From contig CAZGKX010000015.1 of assembly GCA_964525945.1 (NCBI GenBank), forward strand, positions 1 to 45,848: a stretch of 45,848 bases of DNA, in the 5' to 3' direction. The stretch is from an uncultured Legionellaceae bacterium (GTDB lineage Bacteria; Pseudomonadota; Gammaproteobacteria; Legionellales; Legionellaceae). Shown in pieces: positions 16,170 through 27,223 of the stretch; positions within the stretch are counted from its first letter, which is position 1, and every line of letters starts with the position of its first letter. A program made the translations under genes and the position numbers. Below the pieces are notes generated by a model, which did no database searches, had not been told where the DNA came from, and saw only the letters and a list, made by a program, of their open reading frames with translations.

Positions 16170-19100
16170 ATGACGGCTGGATATACGAAAGAAAAAAATA
16201 TCAAGGGGATTCGCGTACGAGTAACCTATCAAGGCTGTGATTTTGTTTGTCGCTCCAAACCTCCAAAAGCAGGGCAACTTCATACCATTCTTACTGTGTC
16301 CAATGCCGCTTATGTTCGGTGTGGAACACAACTTTTTTATATCAACAAAGCCAAAAATATTTTGGTGGAATTACCGCTTCATCAGGAGTTTGATAACGTT
16401 ATCCACCCAGAAGGACGTTACCATGAAAAAAACAACCCTCAAGGTTTGTCGATCAATGAGCCAAAAGCATTAACAGCCGCACAAATTCAATGGATACAAA
16501 ACAATGTCCCACACAGCTCTCCTGGCAGCGACGATATCCGCAACATAGAACTGGCTCTTACCCGCAAACAACGGCAAAAGCTTTTGAGAAAACTTCCCAA
16601 TCGCAATGTTGATTCAAAAAATGCTGCTTATACGTATATTTTTCAAACCACCGTGGCGAAGTACCACGCGGATGTCAGCCAAGAAAAATTAAAGCACCAA
16701 ACGGCTATTCGCAAATTAAAACAAGAATTAAAACGGCTAGAATCACTAGGTGATAACAGCGAACAACAACAAAAATTAGACGATGAAATACAGTTGATTC
16801 GACATAAGGCTAAAACCTTAAAACCCATGCAGTCTTGGATGACCCGCGTGCATCGCTTATCCACCCATTTTGCTCGATTCGAGCGCTTTATTAACAACCC
16901 TCCTGATGCCAATCCAACGGAAAGTCTTAACAACCTTTTAGACGCCGTTGAACACTATAAAACAAACATTTTAACGACCGTAAAAAAACTGCAAGAGCAC
17001 TACCAACACCACGCAGAAATATTAGAGCATCTTGAACAACTGCATAATCAGTTGGAAAACGATGCCGACGCATTTAAAAACGAGATTAAAACAGTGCTTC
17101 AAAAGGGGGTGACCTCCTTTCAAGCGAAACGATTGATGTGCATACAAGATTTAGGCGATGTTCATCAATCATTGGGTGCATTTATGGCCGAACAGATGAG
17201 CACTGTTCTAGACACCAGCATAAAAATTGCGTATGAAATCAATGATGATCGCCTGGGGGATTTGGTTCACTTGTCTCCAGCCATTGCAGCACTGTCTGAT
17301 GCTAAAAAAACCATTGAAATAAAGGCCTTTACGTTAGACGGCGCGGAATACAACAACACGTACAACGCCATCCCAGAGTCCATGCTAGATGTGATTGAAG
17401 GCGATGAAGAAATCCCCAAAAGCTCCAAAAAATGGTTTTCCATGAAGCCATACCTGCACGACTGGAACCCTCTGGAGCTGGACAAGGTACTCTGTTTGGC
17501 GACCAATCAACCCCTTTCTCAACGAGAAACGCCCAGTTTTATAATAGGACTGGTAAAAGTTATCGCCAGTTTCGTGGAAGCAGGCCTTGTTTTAACCATT
17601 CGCTTGCCCATCACGATTATTTTGTCGATTGTGGCGTTATTAGGGGCTGCTAATTGGGCCAGTCAAATCGATCTTTGGATTGCGCGTTGGCATAACAGTT
17701 TATCGCCTGTTAAAGCTGCAAAGCGGTGGTGGAATCACAATTATCGTAGGCTTGATCAAGAAGGGGAACTTGTCGATGATGAGGAGCCACATCAGGCTCT
17801 ACTCAACGCCGGCATGAAAACGTCCAGTTTCTTTCATCAGGTGTTTGTCTATGTTTCTCCGCAACGCATTGCCGATTCAATCAAATCATTTGCATCAACG
17901 TTCATAGCAAACATCATTAAAATTCCCCAAGATTTCTCCTATTTGGTTTCAGGTTTTTATTACACAGACAAGCCCGAGGAAGTTTACGAAAAAACAAAGT
18001 GGATTTATCAACTCACCAAATTGTATCGAAAACAACTCGAAGACGCCCATCACAAAAAATACCAGGCGCTCAAAGCCAAGCATGCCCGTCAACCTTTAGA
18101 ATTAGAAGAATACGAGGCACTTCGTTATTGTGATATCAATGAAATAGCCTCCCCCCTCGAAGTGTTCCGTGAAGTCATGGTCACCCTCTCAGATGTGGTC
18201 ATTGATCCAATGTTTCGAAAATCACCCGGGGCCGCCACCTTCTTTTTTATGCTTTCAATGGCCACGTTCGGAACTTATTTGGCCCCAGCTGCCGCACTTG
18301 CTTGGATGAAATCAGTCCCTGCTTGGTTACAAATCCCCACCAATATCTTAAGTCTGCATTTCACGGGCAAAGCAACCTCGTTGGGGGTGCAGGAACAAAT
18401 GATTGCGTGCTTTTTAGAATGGAAATTGGGGTTTTTCACGAGCGAATTATTGATTGAAATCCACCATGAAAATTACGAAATTTTTAACGATCTCTTTCAA
18501 GAACCCGAAAAATTAACGTTGGGCTTGGTGGGATTGATTGCCATGGGAGCCTCCATCCAATATTTACCCCTGCTGCCAACGACAATTATTATCCCAGGCC
18601 TACCCCCCGTTTATAATTATTATGCAGAAGTTTTAAACGTTTTTATTGATGAAGCCAAAGGCTGCGCTGAAGGCACCATTCCATTTACTGGGGTTGAATA
18701 CGGCTTTTTAGGGTTGAAATTTGCCATGTTGATGCACTCCATGCACGCGGGGTGGCATGAAGAAGAAGAAAAAACCACGACCCAACAATTGGCTCAAATC
18801 TGCAGCGAAACGACATTTTTAGCACGATTGCTCAAATCGTGTGTCGCAAGCAAGCTGCTTAAAGAAACCAATGAAGCCAAACGTAATGAACGTTTTCAAC
18901 GCTTGCTCAATGTTATTTTACAAGAAACGCTGCGTTCTAAAAAATTGGAAAGCAATTTTACCGATGCAGAATTGACGGCATTTCGCCTGGCCTTAACCGA
19001 GCAAATATCCCCTGCACTCGAACAATTTTTAGCCAATAAAACACAAGAAGATATCGCAGAAGCGCAAAATAAGTTACTGGACAGCGAACATCCCGAAGAA

Positions 19101-20180
19101 AAAATGCGCAAATTGTTGGTTGCTCATGATCCACAACACGCATCTAAGACCCAATCCAACCGTTATCCTTTGGAAAAGGCCCATCGTGAATTGACTGAGG
19201 CCATCGAAATGGCGAGCGATGAAAAAACACCTTTGGTCTTTGCATCAGATCGCTTAAAAGAAGCCAATAAATTCTATGACCATTTGGATCATTTATTTAA
19301 TCAATACAACCACGAATTACAAAAAAGGGGTCGGGCCGATCTATGCGTTGATAAACGGGATTTTATGGCGCAATTTTACAATAAATATTGTTACCAAGGC
19401 AGTAACAATTTGTTGCGTTCGCTGATTTTCTTTCCCATTCCGTTGCCTGTGCCACCTTATGTGGTACCACTTTATGCCATCATCGTCCTTTTTCGGGAAA
19501 TCAAACGGTTATTTGCACAATTGTTCCATAAACCTTCCATTGAACATCAAGTTGAGAAAAGTTACAGCAAGGATCTGGTCTTGCTGTACCAATTTGCTGC
19601 CATTATTGCCAGAACATTGTATGCGTTTAACCGAGCCATTAGTTATTCTTTACGAGCCATTACGGGAATCACCTTATTCGCAGTAGCGGTTGTGCCTTTC
19701 AGTTTCTACAAAGGCATTGCAGCGTTGGCACAGATGCGTCAAGATGTTTCTTGGTCTACTTTTTTTAAAACCATTGATAAGCTAGTGTCTTCGATCTCTT
19801 TGCACCGCGCCTTTTCCATCCGTTTTGCTCGCCCACTTTACGCGCGCGCAGCTCGTGACGCGGGTACCATTGCCAACGTCGGGGATGAAGGTGAGCGCCT
19901 GCTGCGGCAATTAACCGCAGCCGAACCGATATTACACGCCCAGGTGCACAGCAAACGCTACCAACGTCCTTACATAGACTCCCATACGCTTGTCGGACAG
20001 CGCATGGAATTGGCTGATCGAAAACGGGCTCAAAAACCAGCTTTAATTTTGGCAACCCCTAACAACGTGAAAACAGAAACTATGCCAATAGCACCAAGAG
20101 GAACTGGACCCATGTTTAAAACGGTGAAAGAAATTCCATCAACAGCAAGCAGCTTTCAACCCATATCGGTGACGCAATAA
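16170..20180 (+). CDS. 1336-aa orphan protein: N-terminal coiled-coil region, then multiple hydrophobic/TM segments (effector-like or envelope protein)
   Basis: A long uninterrupted ORF with coiled-coil stretches (KLKHQTAIRKLKQELKRLESL, LQEHYQHHAEILEHLEQLHNQLEND) and several TM-like runs (IIGLVKVIASFVEAGLVLTIRLPITIILSIVALLGAA; FFFMLSMATFGTYLAPAAALAW; LGLVGLIAMGASIQYLPLL; VPLYAIIVLF; ITGITLFAVAVVPFSF). I recognise no enzymatic motif. Confidence 0.8.
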   Translation: MTAGYTKEKNIKGIRVRVTYQGCDFVCRSKPPKAGQLHTILTVSNAAYVRCGTQLFYINKAKNILVELPLHQEFDNVIHPEGRYHEKNNPQGLSINEPKALTAAQIQWIQNNVPHSSPGSDDIRNIELALTRKQRQKLLRKLPNRNVDSKNAAYTYIFQTTVAKYHADVSQEKLKHQTAIRKLKQELKRLESLGDNSEQQQKLDDEIQLIRHKAKTLKPMQSWMTRVHRLSTHFARFERFINNPPDANPTESLNNLLDAVEHYKTNILTTVKKLQEHYQHHAEILEHLEQLHNQLENDADAFKNEIKTVLQKGVTSFQAKRLMCIQDLGDVHQSLGAFMAEQMSTVLDTSIKIAYEINDDRLGDLVHLSPAIAALSDAKKTIEIKAFTLDGAEYNNTYNAIPESMLDVIEGDEEIPKSSKKWFSMKPYLHDWNPLELDKVLCLATNQPLSQRETPSFIIGLVKVIASFVEAGLVLTIRLPITIILSIVALLGAANWASQIDLWIARWHNSLSPVKAAKRWWNHNYRRLDQEGELVDDEEPHQALLNAGMKTSSFFHQVFVYVSPQRIADSIKSFASTFIANIIKIPQDFSYLVSGFYYTDKPEEVYEKTKWIYQLTKLYRKQLEDAHHKKYQALKAKHARQPLELEEYEALRYCDINEIASPLEVFREVMVTLSDVVIDPMFRKSPGAATFFFMLSMATFGTYLAPAAALAWMKSVPAWLQIPTNILSLHFTGKATSLGVQEQMIACFLEWKLGFFTSELLIEIHHENYEIFNDLFQEPEKLTLGLVGLIAMGASIQYLPLLPTTIIIPGLPPVYNYYAEVLNVFIDEAKGCAEGTIPFTGVEYGFLGLKFAMLMHSMHAGWHEEEEKTTTQQLAQICSETTFLARLLKSCVASKLLKETNEAKRNERFQRLLNVILQETLRSKKLESNFTDAELTAFRLALTEQISPALEQFLANKTQEDIAEAQNKLLDSEHPEEKMRKLLVAHDPQHASKTQSNRYPLEKAHRELTEAIEMASDEKTPLVFASDRLKEANKFYDHLDHLFNQYNHELQKRGRADLCVDKRDFMAQFYNKYCYQGSNNLLRSLIFFPIPLPVPPYVVPLYAIIVLFREIKRLFAQLFHKPSIEHQVEKSYSKDLVLLYQFAAIIARTLYAFNRAISYSLRAITGITLFAVAVVPFSFYKGIAALAQMRQDVSWSTFFKTIDKLVSSISLHRAFSIRFARPLYARAARDAGTIANVGDEGERLLRQLTAAEPILHAQVHSKRYQRPYIDSHTLVGQRMELADRKRAQKPALILATPNNVKTETMPIAPRGTGPMFKTVKEIPSTASSFQPISVTQ

Positions 20181-20288
20181 ATTAAGGGCGTACATATAGC
20201 GAAAAATTGAAAACAATTGTACAATGAGCCGCCATCAGCACGGGCTGATTACTCGCTGCTTTTAAAAATAATAATTAAGGATTAAAGC

Positions 20289-20819
20289 ATGAAAATTAGA
20301 TCATTTATTAAAACATTAGGTGTGGCCAGTGCGTGCGTCGTATTGCTTGCTGCTTGCTCAAAAACTCCTGGCAGTGCTGACGGCATGGGAGGCGAGGAAG
20401 GTGGTTTAGCTGCAAATGGTTTAGGCGAATCAGGCGGCTTTGCGGGTCAAGAAGCGGGTGAAATGTACACCAACCAAGCGCCGCATAACCAAATTTATTT
20501 ATTCAGTTATGATGATAGTGTTTTGGCGCCTAAATACGTACCATCCGTCAATGCACAAGCTGAATATTTAAAATCACACCCTGGCGCTCGCGTGCTGATT
20601 GCAGGTAATACCGATGAACGCGGCAGCCGTGAATACAACGTGGCATTGGGTGAACACCGCGCCAATACCGTGGCGGATATTATGCGCATGGCAGGTGTTG
20701 ATAGACAACAAATGCGCGTGGTTAGCTATGGCAAAGAACGTCCGGCTAATTTAGGTCATGATGAAGCATCCCATGCCCAAAATCGCCGTGTAGAATTAAC
20801 TTATGAGGCAACCAGATGA
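20289..20819 (+). CDS. pal: Peptidoglycan-associated lipoprotein Pal (OmpA-family)
   Basis: Lipobox LLAACS. OmpA-like C-terminal domain with NTDERGSREYNVALGEHRA and the tail HAQNRRVELTYE. From memory, it closely resembles the Legionella 19-kDa PAL. Confidence 0.95.
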   Translation: MKIRSFIKTLGVASACVVLLAACSKTPGSADGMGGEEGGLAANGLGESGGFAGQEAGEMYTNQAPHNQIYLFSYDDSVLAPKYVPSVNAQAEYLKSHPGARVLIAGNTDERGSREYNVALGEHRANTVADIMRMAGVDRQQMRVVSYGKERPANLGHDEASHAQNRRVELTYEATR

Positions 20820-21667
20820 TCCATCGACTTATTCTTGCAATAAGTTTAGCTTGTCTACTCCCCACAGGTGCGTTTGCAGAAGCACCTGTGGTGGATGATA
20901 GCGAAAACTTTGCGCTTCTTGATGAACAACAAGCAACCAATGAGCCGGCCCTTGCTCAAGAAAATTATGACGATAACGAAACGGCACTGGCGAAAGACAA
21001 TGTTGATTCGAATGTGCGCAGCAATGCTGGATTGCTTGATAAATTACAAGGATTGCAGCAAGAAATTCAAGAGTTACGTGGACAGTTGGAAGTGCAAGCA
21101 CGCGACATTAAATTGATGCAAGAACAACAATTATCGTTTTATAAAGATTTAGATAGCCGTATCAGTCAGGCACCAACACCAATGGCAAAACAACAACAAG
21201 CACCTGCGGCATTGACCATTGACAACAACAAAACATCGCCGACTCCGCCACCGATGCCATCGGCAATGAATGCAACTCACGCGAATCCTGCCGACGAGCA
21301 AATTAGTTATTTGGCCGCCTATGAATTAATTAAAAACAAGCAATTTGATCAAGCATTAGCAGCCATGCAAAAATTTGTGGCAAAATATCCACAAGGAGGG
21401 TACACCGCCAATGCTGAATATTGGTTGGGTGAGCTTTATATGGTAAAGAAAAATTACCCAGAAGCCACAACACACTTTGAAAAAGTCACCACCTTATTTC
21501 CTTCGTCCAGCAAATGTTCCGCCAGCCTATTAAAAATTGGCTATGCCATGGCGGCGGAGGGCCGAACGCAAGAAGCAAAAGAACGTTTACGTGATGTGGT
21601 AAAAAAATACCCCGATACCAATACTGCACAATTAGCCGCTGCCAAATTAGAGGCACTGGGTGGGTAA
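20816..21667 (+). CDS. ybgF: Tol-Pal system protein YbgF/CpoB
   Basis: ATGA overlap with pal. Signal peptide, a coiled-coil (LQGLQQEIQELRGQLEVQARDIKLMQEQQ), and C-terminal TPR-like repeats (AEYWLGELYMVKKNYPEA...). Confidence 0.9.
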   Translation: MIHRLILAISLACLLPTGAFAEAPVVDDSENFALLDEQQATNEPALAQENYDDNETALAKDNVDSNVRSNAGLLDKLQGLQQEIQELRGQLEVQARDIKLMQEQQLSFYKDLDSRISQAPTPMAKQQQAPAALTIDNNKTSPTPPPMPSAMNATHANPADEQISYLAAYELIKNKQFDQALAAMQKFVAKYPQGGYTANAEYWLGELYMVKKNYPEATTHFEKVTTLFPSSSKCSASLLKIGYAMAAEGRTQEAKERLRDVVKKYPDTNTAQLAAAKLEALGG

Positions 21668-22308
21668 TGAACTCTTTACGCATTACGGAAATTTTTCATT
21701 CCTTGCAAGGTGAATCGGTCACTGTCGGTTTGCCAACCGTATTCGTTCGCTTGACAGGCTGTCCGTTGCGTTGTCAATATTGTGACACAGCTTATGCATT
21801 TAGCGGGGGCCATGTAACGCCGATCACGGCTGTTTTATCGCAGGTAAAATCATTCCAATGCCAACAGGTTTGTGTCACAGGAGGCGAGCCATTGGCACAA
21901 CCAGGTTGTGTGGATTTACTCACTCATTTGTGCGATGAAGGCTACCACGTTTCGATTGAAACAAGTGGGGCTCGCAGCATAGCCGCGGTTGATAAACGTG
22001 TGATGGTAGTGATGGATCTTAAAACACCCGATTCAGGGGAAGTTGAACGCAATATGCTCAGCAATATCCCGCACCTTAAACCCAGCGATCAAATTAAATT
22101 TGTGTTGTGTAGCCGAGAGGATTACCAATGGGCTTGCAGCATGATCACTGAACATGATTTAACAGCGCATGCCCAAATTCTTTTTTCACCCAGCTGGGGG
22201 CAGTTAAATCCTACGGTTCTTGCCGATTGGATTGTTCAGGATAGACTTCCGGTGCGCTTTCAATTGCAACTCCATAAAATATTATGGAATGATGCACCGG
22301 GACATTAA
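21667..22308 (+). CDS. queE: 7-carboxy-7-deazaguanine synthase QueE (radical SAM)
   Basis: EIFHSLQGES...VFVRLTGCPLRCQYCDT is the typical QueE N-terminus with the CxxxCxxC cluster. The start overlaps the ybgF stop by 1 nt (TAATG). Confidence 0.9.
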   Translation: MNSLRITEIFHSLQGESVTVGLPTVFVRLTGCPLRCQYCDTAYAFSGGHVTPITAVLSQVKSFQCQQVCVTGGEPLAQPGCVDLLTHLCDEGYHVSIETSGARSIAAVDKRVMVVMDLKTPDSGEVERNMLSNIPHLKPSDQIKFVLCSREDYQWACSMITEHDLTAHAQILFSPSWGQLNPTVLADWIVQDRLPVRFQLQLHKILWNDAPGH

Positions 22309-22320
22309 AAGGAGAAACAC

Positions 22321-23268
22321 ATGCAATGGTTCGCCCAAGCACCGGCTAATATCGCTTTAATTAAATACATGGGCAAGAAAGATAATGATAAAAATCTTCC
22401 AGACAATGCCTCTCTATCGTACACCCTGAATCATTTGCTCAGCAATGTCATGCTGGAAGTGCACCCAGGTAAACAAGATTTTTGGGAACCATTGGCCATT
22501 CCAGGGGCATTACCGTTCAACCTGTCAGCGCCCGCACAACAACGCTTTTTAAACCATTTAAACCGTTTGAAGGCCCATTTTAATTACACCGGCGGTTTTA
22601 TTGTTCGTTCCAGCAATAACTTCCCCCACAGCAGCGGCTTGGCCAGTTCCGCATCCAGTTTTGCCGCACTCACCAAATGTGCAGCCTTGGCAATGAGCGA
22701 ATTGACGCAAACGCCATTACCGGCAATTGATGTGCAAGCAGAGCTTAGCCGCCAAGGTTCTGGCTCATCCTGCCGTTCTTTTTTCTCTCCTTGGGCCATA
22801 TGGGATGAGCACCATGTCGGAGAAATAACGTTACCTTATAAAGAACTGTTGCATCAGGTGATTGTTATTAGCCACGCTGAGAAAGAGGTCCCTTCCAGCG
22901 AAGCCCATCAACGTATTCGTAGTAGCCCCCATTATGCCAGTCGGGCTGATCGTGCCAATTTAAATCTCCGAGAGCTCTTAATGGCTATGGAAAAAAATGA
23001 CTGGGCAGCAGCTTACCAAATTTGTTGGCGCGAGTTTCAAGACATGCACCATTTGTTTACCTCGTGCAACCAGTCCTTTACTTACATGTCTCCTGAAACC
23101 AACGAAGTCTTGCAAAACCTGCAAGATTTATGGCAACGTGAAGGCGACGGTCCGTTGATCACTATGGATGCAGGCCCCAACATTCACGTGCTTTACCGAC
23201 TCGATCAAACCGATATGGCGCGGCAATTTAAACAAGATTACCTCATAGGCAATCACGATGTTTTGTGA
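22321..23268 (+). CDS. mvaD: Diphosphomevalonate decarboxylase
   Basis: N-terminal APANIALIKYMGKKD (cf. APxNIAxIKYWGKRD). GHMP motif SSGLASSASSFAAL. RBS GGAGAA lies upstream. Confidence 0.88.
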   Translation: MQWFAQAPANIALIKYMGKKDNDKNLPDNASLSYTLNHLLSNVMLEVHPGKQDFWEPLAIPGALPFNLSAPAQQRFLNHLNRLKAHFNYTGGFIVRSSNNFPHSSGLASSASSFAALTKCAALAMSELTQTPLPAIDVQAELSRQGSGSSCRSFFSPWAIWDEHHVGEITLPYKELLHQVIVISHAEKEVPSSEAHQRIRSSPHYASRADRANLNLRELLMAMEKNDWAAAYQICWREFQDMHHLFTSCNQSFTYMSPETNEVLQNLQDLWQREGDGPLITMDAGPNIHVLYRLDQTDMARQFKQDYLIGNHDVL

Positions 23269-24136
23269 TTTCCAAGCAGCCACCTATGGGAAATGGATTT
23301 TAGCAGGCGAGCATGCCGTCGTCCGCGGTCATGGTGCCTTGGTTTTTCCCATAAAAAGCATGCAGCTGTCTATAAAGTACGATGCAACCGGGTCTGATTT
23401 ACGAATTGAATGCGAGGGTGATCACGACGAAATGAATGCGGTGTTTGAACAAGTGCTGCTGCAAGGTTTGCAATTGCTCAACCAATCTCATCAGCGTTTG
23501 CGGGGTAAATTTCATCTGCAAAGCAGTGTTCCTCTTGGTGTAGGCGTGGGGGCTTCTGCAGCATTATGCGTGGCGGCTGCGCGCTGGTTCGTGGCACAAA
23601 AAATGCTCAATGAACAGGACGTGCAATCATTTGCCACGCAATTGGAACATTTATTTCATGGTAAAAGCAGTGGTCTTGATATTGCCGGAGTGGCCGCGTC
23701 ATCAGGCATTTATTTTAAACAAGGTGTGGTCGAACCCATACACCTGGCGTGGCAACCGTTGTGGTATCTATCATCTTGCCAACAAATTGGCCACACTTCG
23801 CAGTGCATTCAAGCCGTGCAATCCCTCTGGGAAACCAACGCTGCAGCTGCACGGCAAATCGACATGGATATGCAAGCCAGTGTATTGCAAGCCCGTACAG
23901 CTTTAGCAGATCCGTCGCCAAACGCACCCGCTCATCTCGCCCAAGCCATCCAGCAAGCGGCAGGTTGCTTTCAACAATGGGGGTTGATCAGTGAACACCT
24001 GCGGGGCCATATCGAACATTTACGCGAAGCAGGTGCTACAGCCATAAAACCCACGGGTTCAGGCGGTGGTGGCTATGTGTTAAGCCTCTGGAACAAACCA
24101 CCTCCACCGATGGCAATAGAGATGATTGCGGTATAG
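23258..24136 (+). CDS. mvk: GHMP-family kinase, most likely mevalonate kinase
   Basis: GKWILAGEHAVVRG (cf. GK.IL.GEHAVV.G), PLGVGVGASAALCVAAA and KPTGSGGGGY. It overlaps mvaD by 11 nt. By eye I cannot fully exclude phosphomevalonate kinase. Confidence 0.7.
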   Translation: MFCDFQAATYGKWILAGEHAVVRGHGALVFPIKSMQLSIKYDATGSDLRIECEGDHDEMNAVFEQVLLQGLQLLNQSHQRLRGKFHLQSSVPLGVGVGASAALCVAAARWFVAQKMLNEQDVQSFATQLEHLFHGKSSGLDIAGVAASSGIYFKQGVVEPIHLAWQPLWYLSSCQQIGHTSQCIQAVQSLWETNAAAARQIDMDMQASVLQARTALADPSPNAPAHLAQAIQQAAGCFQQWGLISEHLRGHIEHLREAGATAIKPTGSGGGGYVLSLWNKPPPPMAIEMIAV

Positions 24137-24139
24137 CGT

Positions 24140-24409
24140 TTATTCGACAAATTGATAAAACGTTTCGCCATTTTTAACCATTCCTAATTCAAAACGTGCT
24201 TGTTCTTCCAAGGCTTGGTCGCCTGATTTTAATTCGGCAATGTCTGCTTCCAGCGCATGGTTTCGGGCGATCAACTGTTTGTTATTATCGTCTTGCGTTT
24301 CCAGCTTTTTTTCAAGACGCATCCATTGCGCAATGCTCCCCTCTCCCACCCATAATTTATATTGCAGGGCAAGCAACGCGAGCAGTAAAAAAATAACGAT
24401 GGTTTTCAT
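24140..24409 (-). CDS. ftsB: Cell division protein FtsB
   Basis: N-terminal TM helix LLLALLALQYKLW, a leucine-zipper region, and a conserved tail ALEEQARFELGMVKNGETFYQFV (cf. E. coli [23 protein letters not shown]). It lies downstream of eno, as in many gammaproteobacteria. Confidence 0.88.
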   Translation of the reverse strand: MKTIVIFLLLALLALQYKLWVGEGSIAQWMRLEKKLETQDDNNKQLIARNHALEADIAELKSGDQALEEQARFELGMVKNGETFYQFVE

Positions 24410-24460
24410 AGGAATGGACCCTGATCACTTTCATGTATTTATTGTATAACAATCTTCACT

Positions 24461-24486
24461 GAGCCGCGACCGTAAGGACGCGGCTC
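24461..24486 (-). other. GC-rich hairpin in the eno-ftsB intergenic region (possible attenuator or processing site)
   Basis: GAGCCGCG pairs with CGCGGCTC (8 bp) around a 10-nt loop that can form two more C-G pairs. No U-tract follows on the transcribed (minus) strand, so it is not a classical intrinsic terminator. Confidence 0.35.
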
Positions 24487-24504
24487 GGTAAAATCAGGTG
24501 TTTT

Positions 24505-25812
<1,308 letters not shown>

Positions 25813-25891
25813 TTAGAAGATTGTTGCATGCAACTGGCTAATCTTAAATAAAACCAGTATATTATTTCCATTTAATCATCGAGAGATCTGT

Positions 25892-26377
25892 ATGCCTTCT
25901 TTTGACATTGTTTCTGAAATCAATGAAGTGGACTTGCGCCACGCGGTGGAAAATTCTGTGCGTGAAATAGCGACCCGTTTTGATTTTCGTAACGTGGAAG
26001 CAAGTATTGAATTAAGCGAGTTGACCGTTACTTTAAAATCAGAATCTGATTTCCAAGTGAGGCAATTGGAAGATTTATTTCGTAACCATTGCACCAAACG
26101 CAGCGTGGATGCATCAGGGGTGGACATGGAAGATAAACCTGTTCACTGCGGTAAAACATTTTCATTAACAATGGCGTTTAAACAAGGTATCGATCAACCC
26201 ACCGCTAAAATTATTGTCAAAAAATTAAAAGACAGCAAAATCAAAGTTCAAGCATCCATTCAAGGCGATAAAGTCCGCGTTTCAGGTAAAAATCGTGATG
26301 ACTTGCAAGAAAGCATGGCTTTTTTAAAGAAAGCTGACATTGAATTGCCTTTGCAATTTAATAATTTCCGAGATTAA
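25892..26377 (+). CDS. yajQ: YajQ-family nucleotide-binding protein (UPF0234)
   Basis: [11 protein letters not shown]...[13 protein letters not shown]...SESDFQV.QL is nearly colinear with E. coli YajQ. Confidence 0.9.
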   Translation: MPSFDIVSEINEVDLRHAVENSVREIATRFDFRNVEASIELSELTVTLKSESDFQVRQLEDLFRNHCTKRSVDASGVDMEDKPVHCGKTFSLTMAFKQGIDQPTAKIIVKKLKDSKIKVQASIQGDKVRVSGKNRDDLQESMAFLKKADIELPLQFNNFRD

Positions 26378-26395
26378 GGCGAAGAGCCCAGAACG

Positions 26396-27223
26396 TTATT
26401 TCATGTTTTCACTAAAATATTTTGAATACAGTTGTAAATAACTGTCATCCCCTTCCATCGACAGCAATGCTTGGTTAATTTTTTCAAGCAGTGCTTCTTG
26501 CCCTTGTTTTCCCATAATGCCATACCCATTGCCCACAGGTAAAATGGGGCCTACTAATTTATAGTTGGCGTCGTTCGCCAGCCAATACCGGACCGCGGCT
26601 TGATTGGTGAATAGAATATCTACTTTATGATTTTGTAGAGCGATCAACATTTCATCCATGGTTGGGTACTCCAGTATTTTCACTTGGTTTGCATAAATAT
26701 TTCGCACCAAAGATCCCAACATAGAGCCGCCATACAGCGTGCCCTTTCGCACACCAACCGTTTTATTTTTAATATCTGCCGGTGTAGAAATAGGTGAATT
26801 CTTTTCTGCCATAAATTGCGCGCTGCTTTCCAAATAAGGCAAACTGAAAAGATAATAAGGCAGCGGTTTGGACGGTATGATGATCGTACCTATGGCCAAA
26901 TCAATGTTTCCGGCCGATAATTGCGTTGTAAATTCGCTGACAATATACGGTCGGTATTCACAATGCACATGAATTCGTTGGCAAATACCTTCCATCAGCT
27001 CAATTTCAAAGCCAACAAAATTACCCTTACTCACCATATAAGCAAATGGCGGATAATGTTGCGTTGTACCAATAATGAGCGTTGGCATTGTTAATGGGGT
27101 CGTTTCAGCATGGCCACACCAAGTCGTCACCCATAGGGTAATCCCTACGAACACGCCCATCCATGGGCTTTTTTTAGCGCTTATTGCAAGCAGCAAGCGC
27201 TTGTGCATAATCCTTGTATACAT
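26396..27223 (-). CDS. Periplasmic substrate-binding protein (SBP family 3, amino-acid-binding type)
   Basis: A signal-like N-terminus precedes an SBP_bac_3-like pattern (YPPFAY...GFEIELMEGICQRI; VGVRKGT). The start is uncertain. The ATGs at 27223 and 27208 overlap the SulP gene end, and the ATG at 27160 gives a cleaner signal peptide (MGVFVGITLWVTTWCGHA). Confidence 0.75.
   Translation of the reverse strand: MYTRIMHKRLLLAISAKKSPWMGVFVGITLWVTTWCGHAETTPLTMPTLIIGTTQHYPPFAYMVSKGNFVGFEIELMEGICQRIHVHCEYRPYIVSEFTTQLSAGNIDLAIGTIIIPSKPLPYYLFSLPYLESSAQFMAEKNSPISTPADIKNKTVGVRKGTLYGGSMLGSLVRNIYANQVKILEYPTMDEMLIALQNHKVDILFTNQAAVRYWLANDANYKLVGPILPVGNGYGIMGKQGQEALLEKINQALLSMEGDDSYLQLYSKYFSENMK

Noticed and set aside
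16022-16331. Two minus-strand track ORFs (60 and 86 aa) near the start of the 1336-aa gene.
   Set aside because: They overlap the near-consensus promoter and the 5' end of the long plus-strand ORF, in AT-rich sequence. They are likely spurious.
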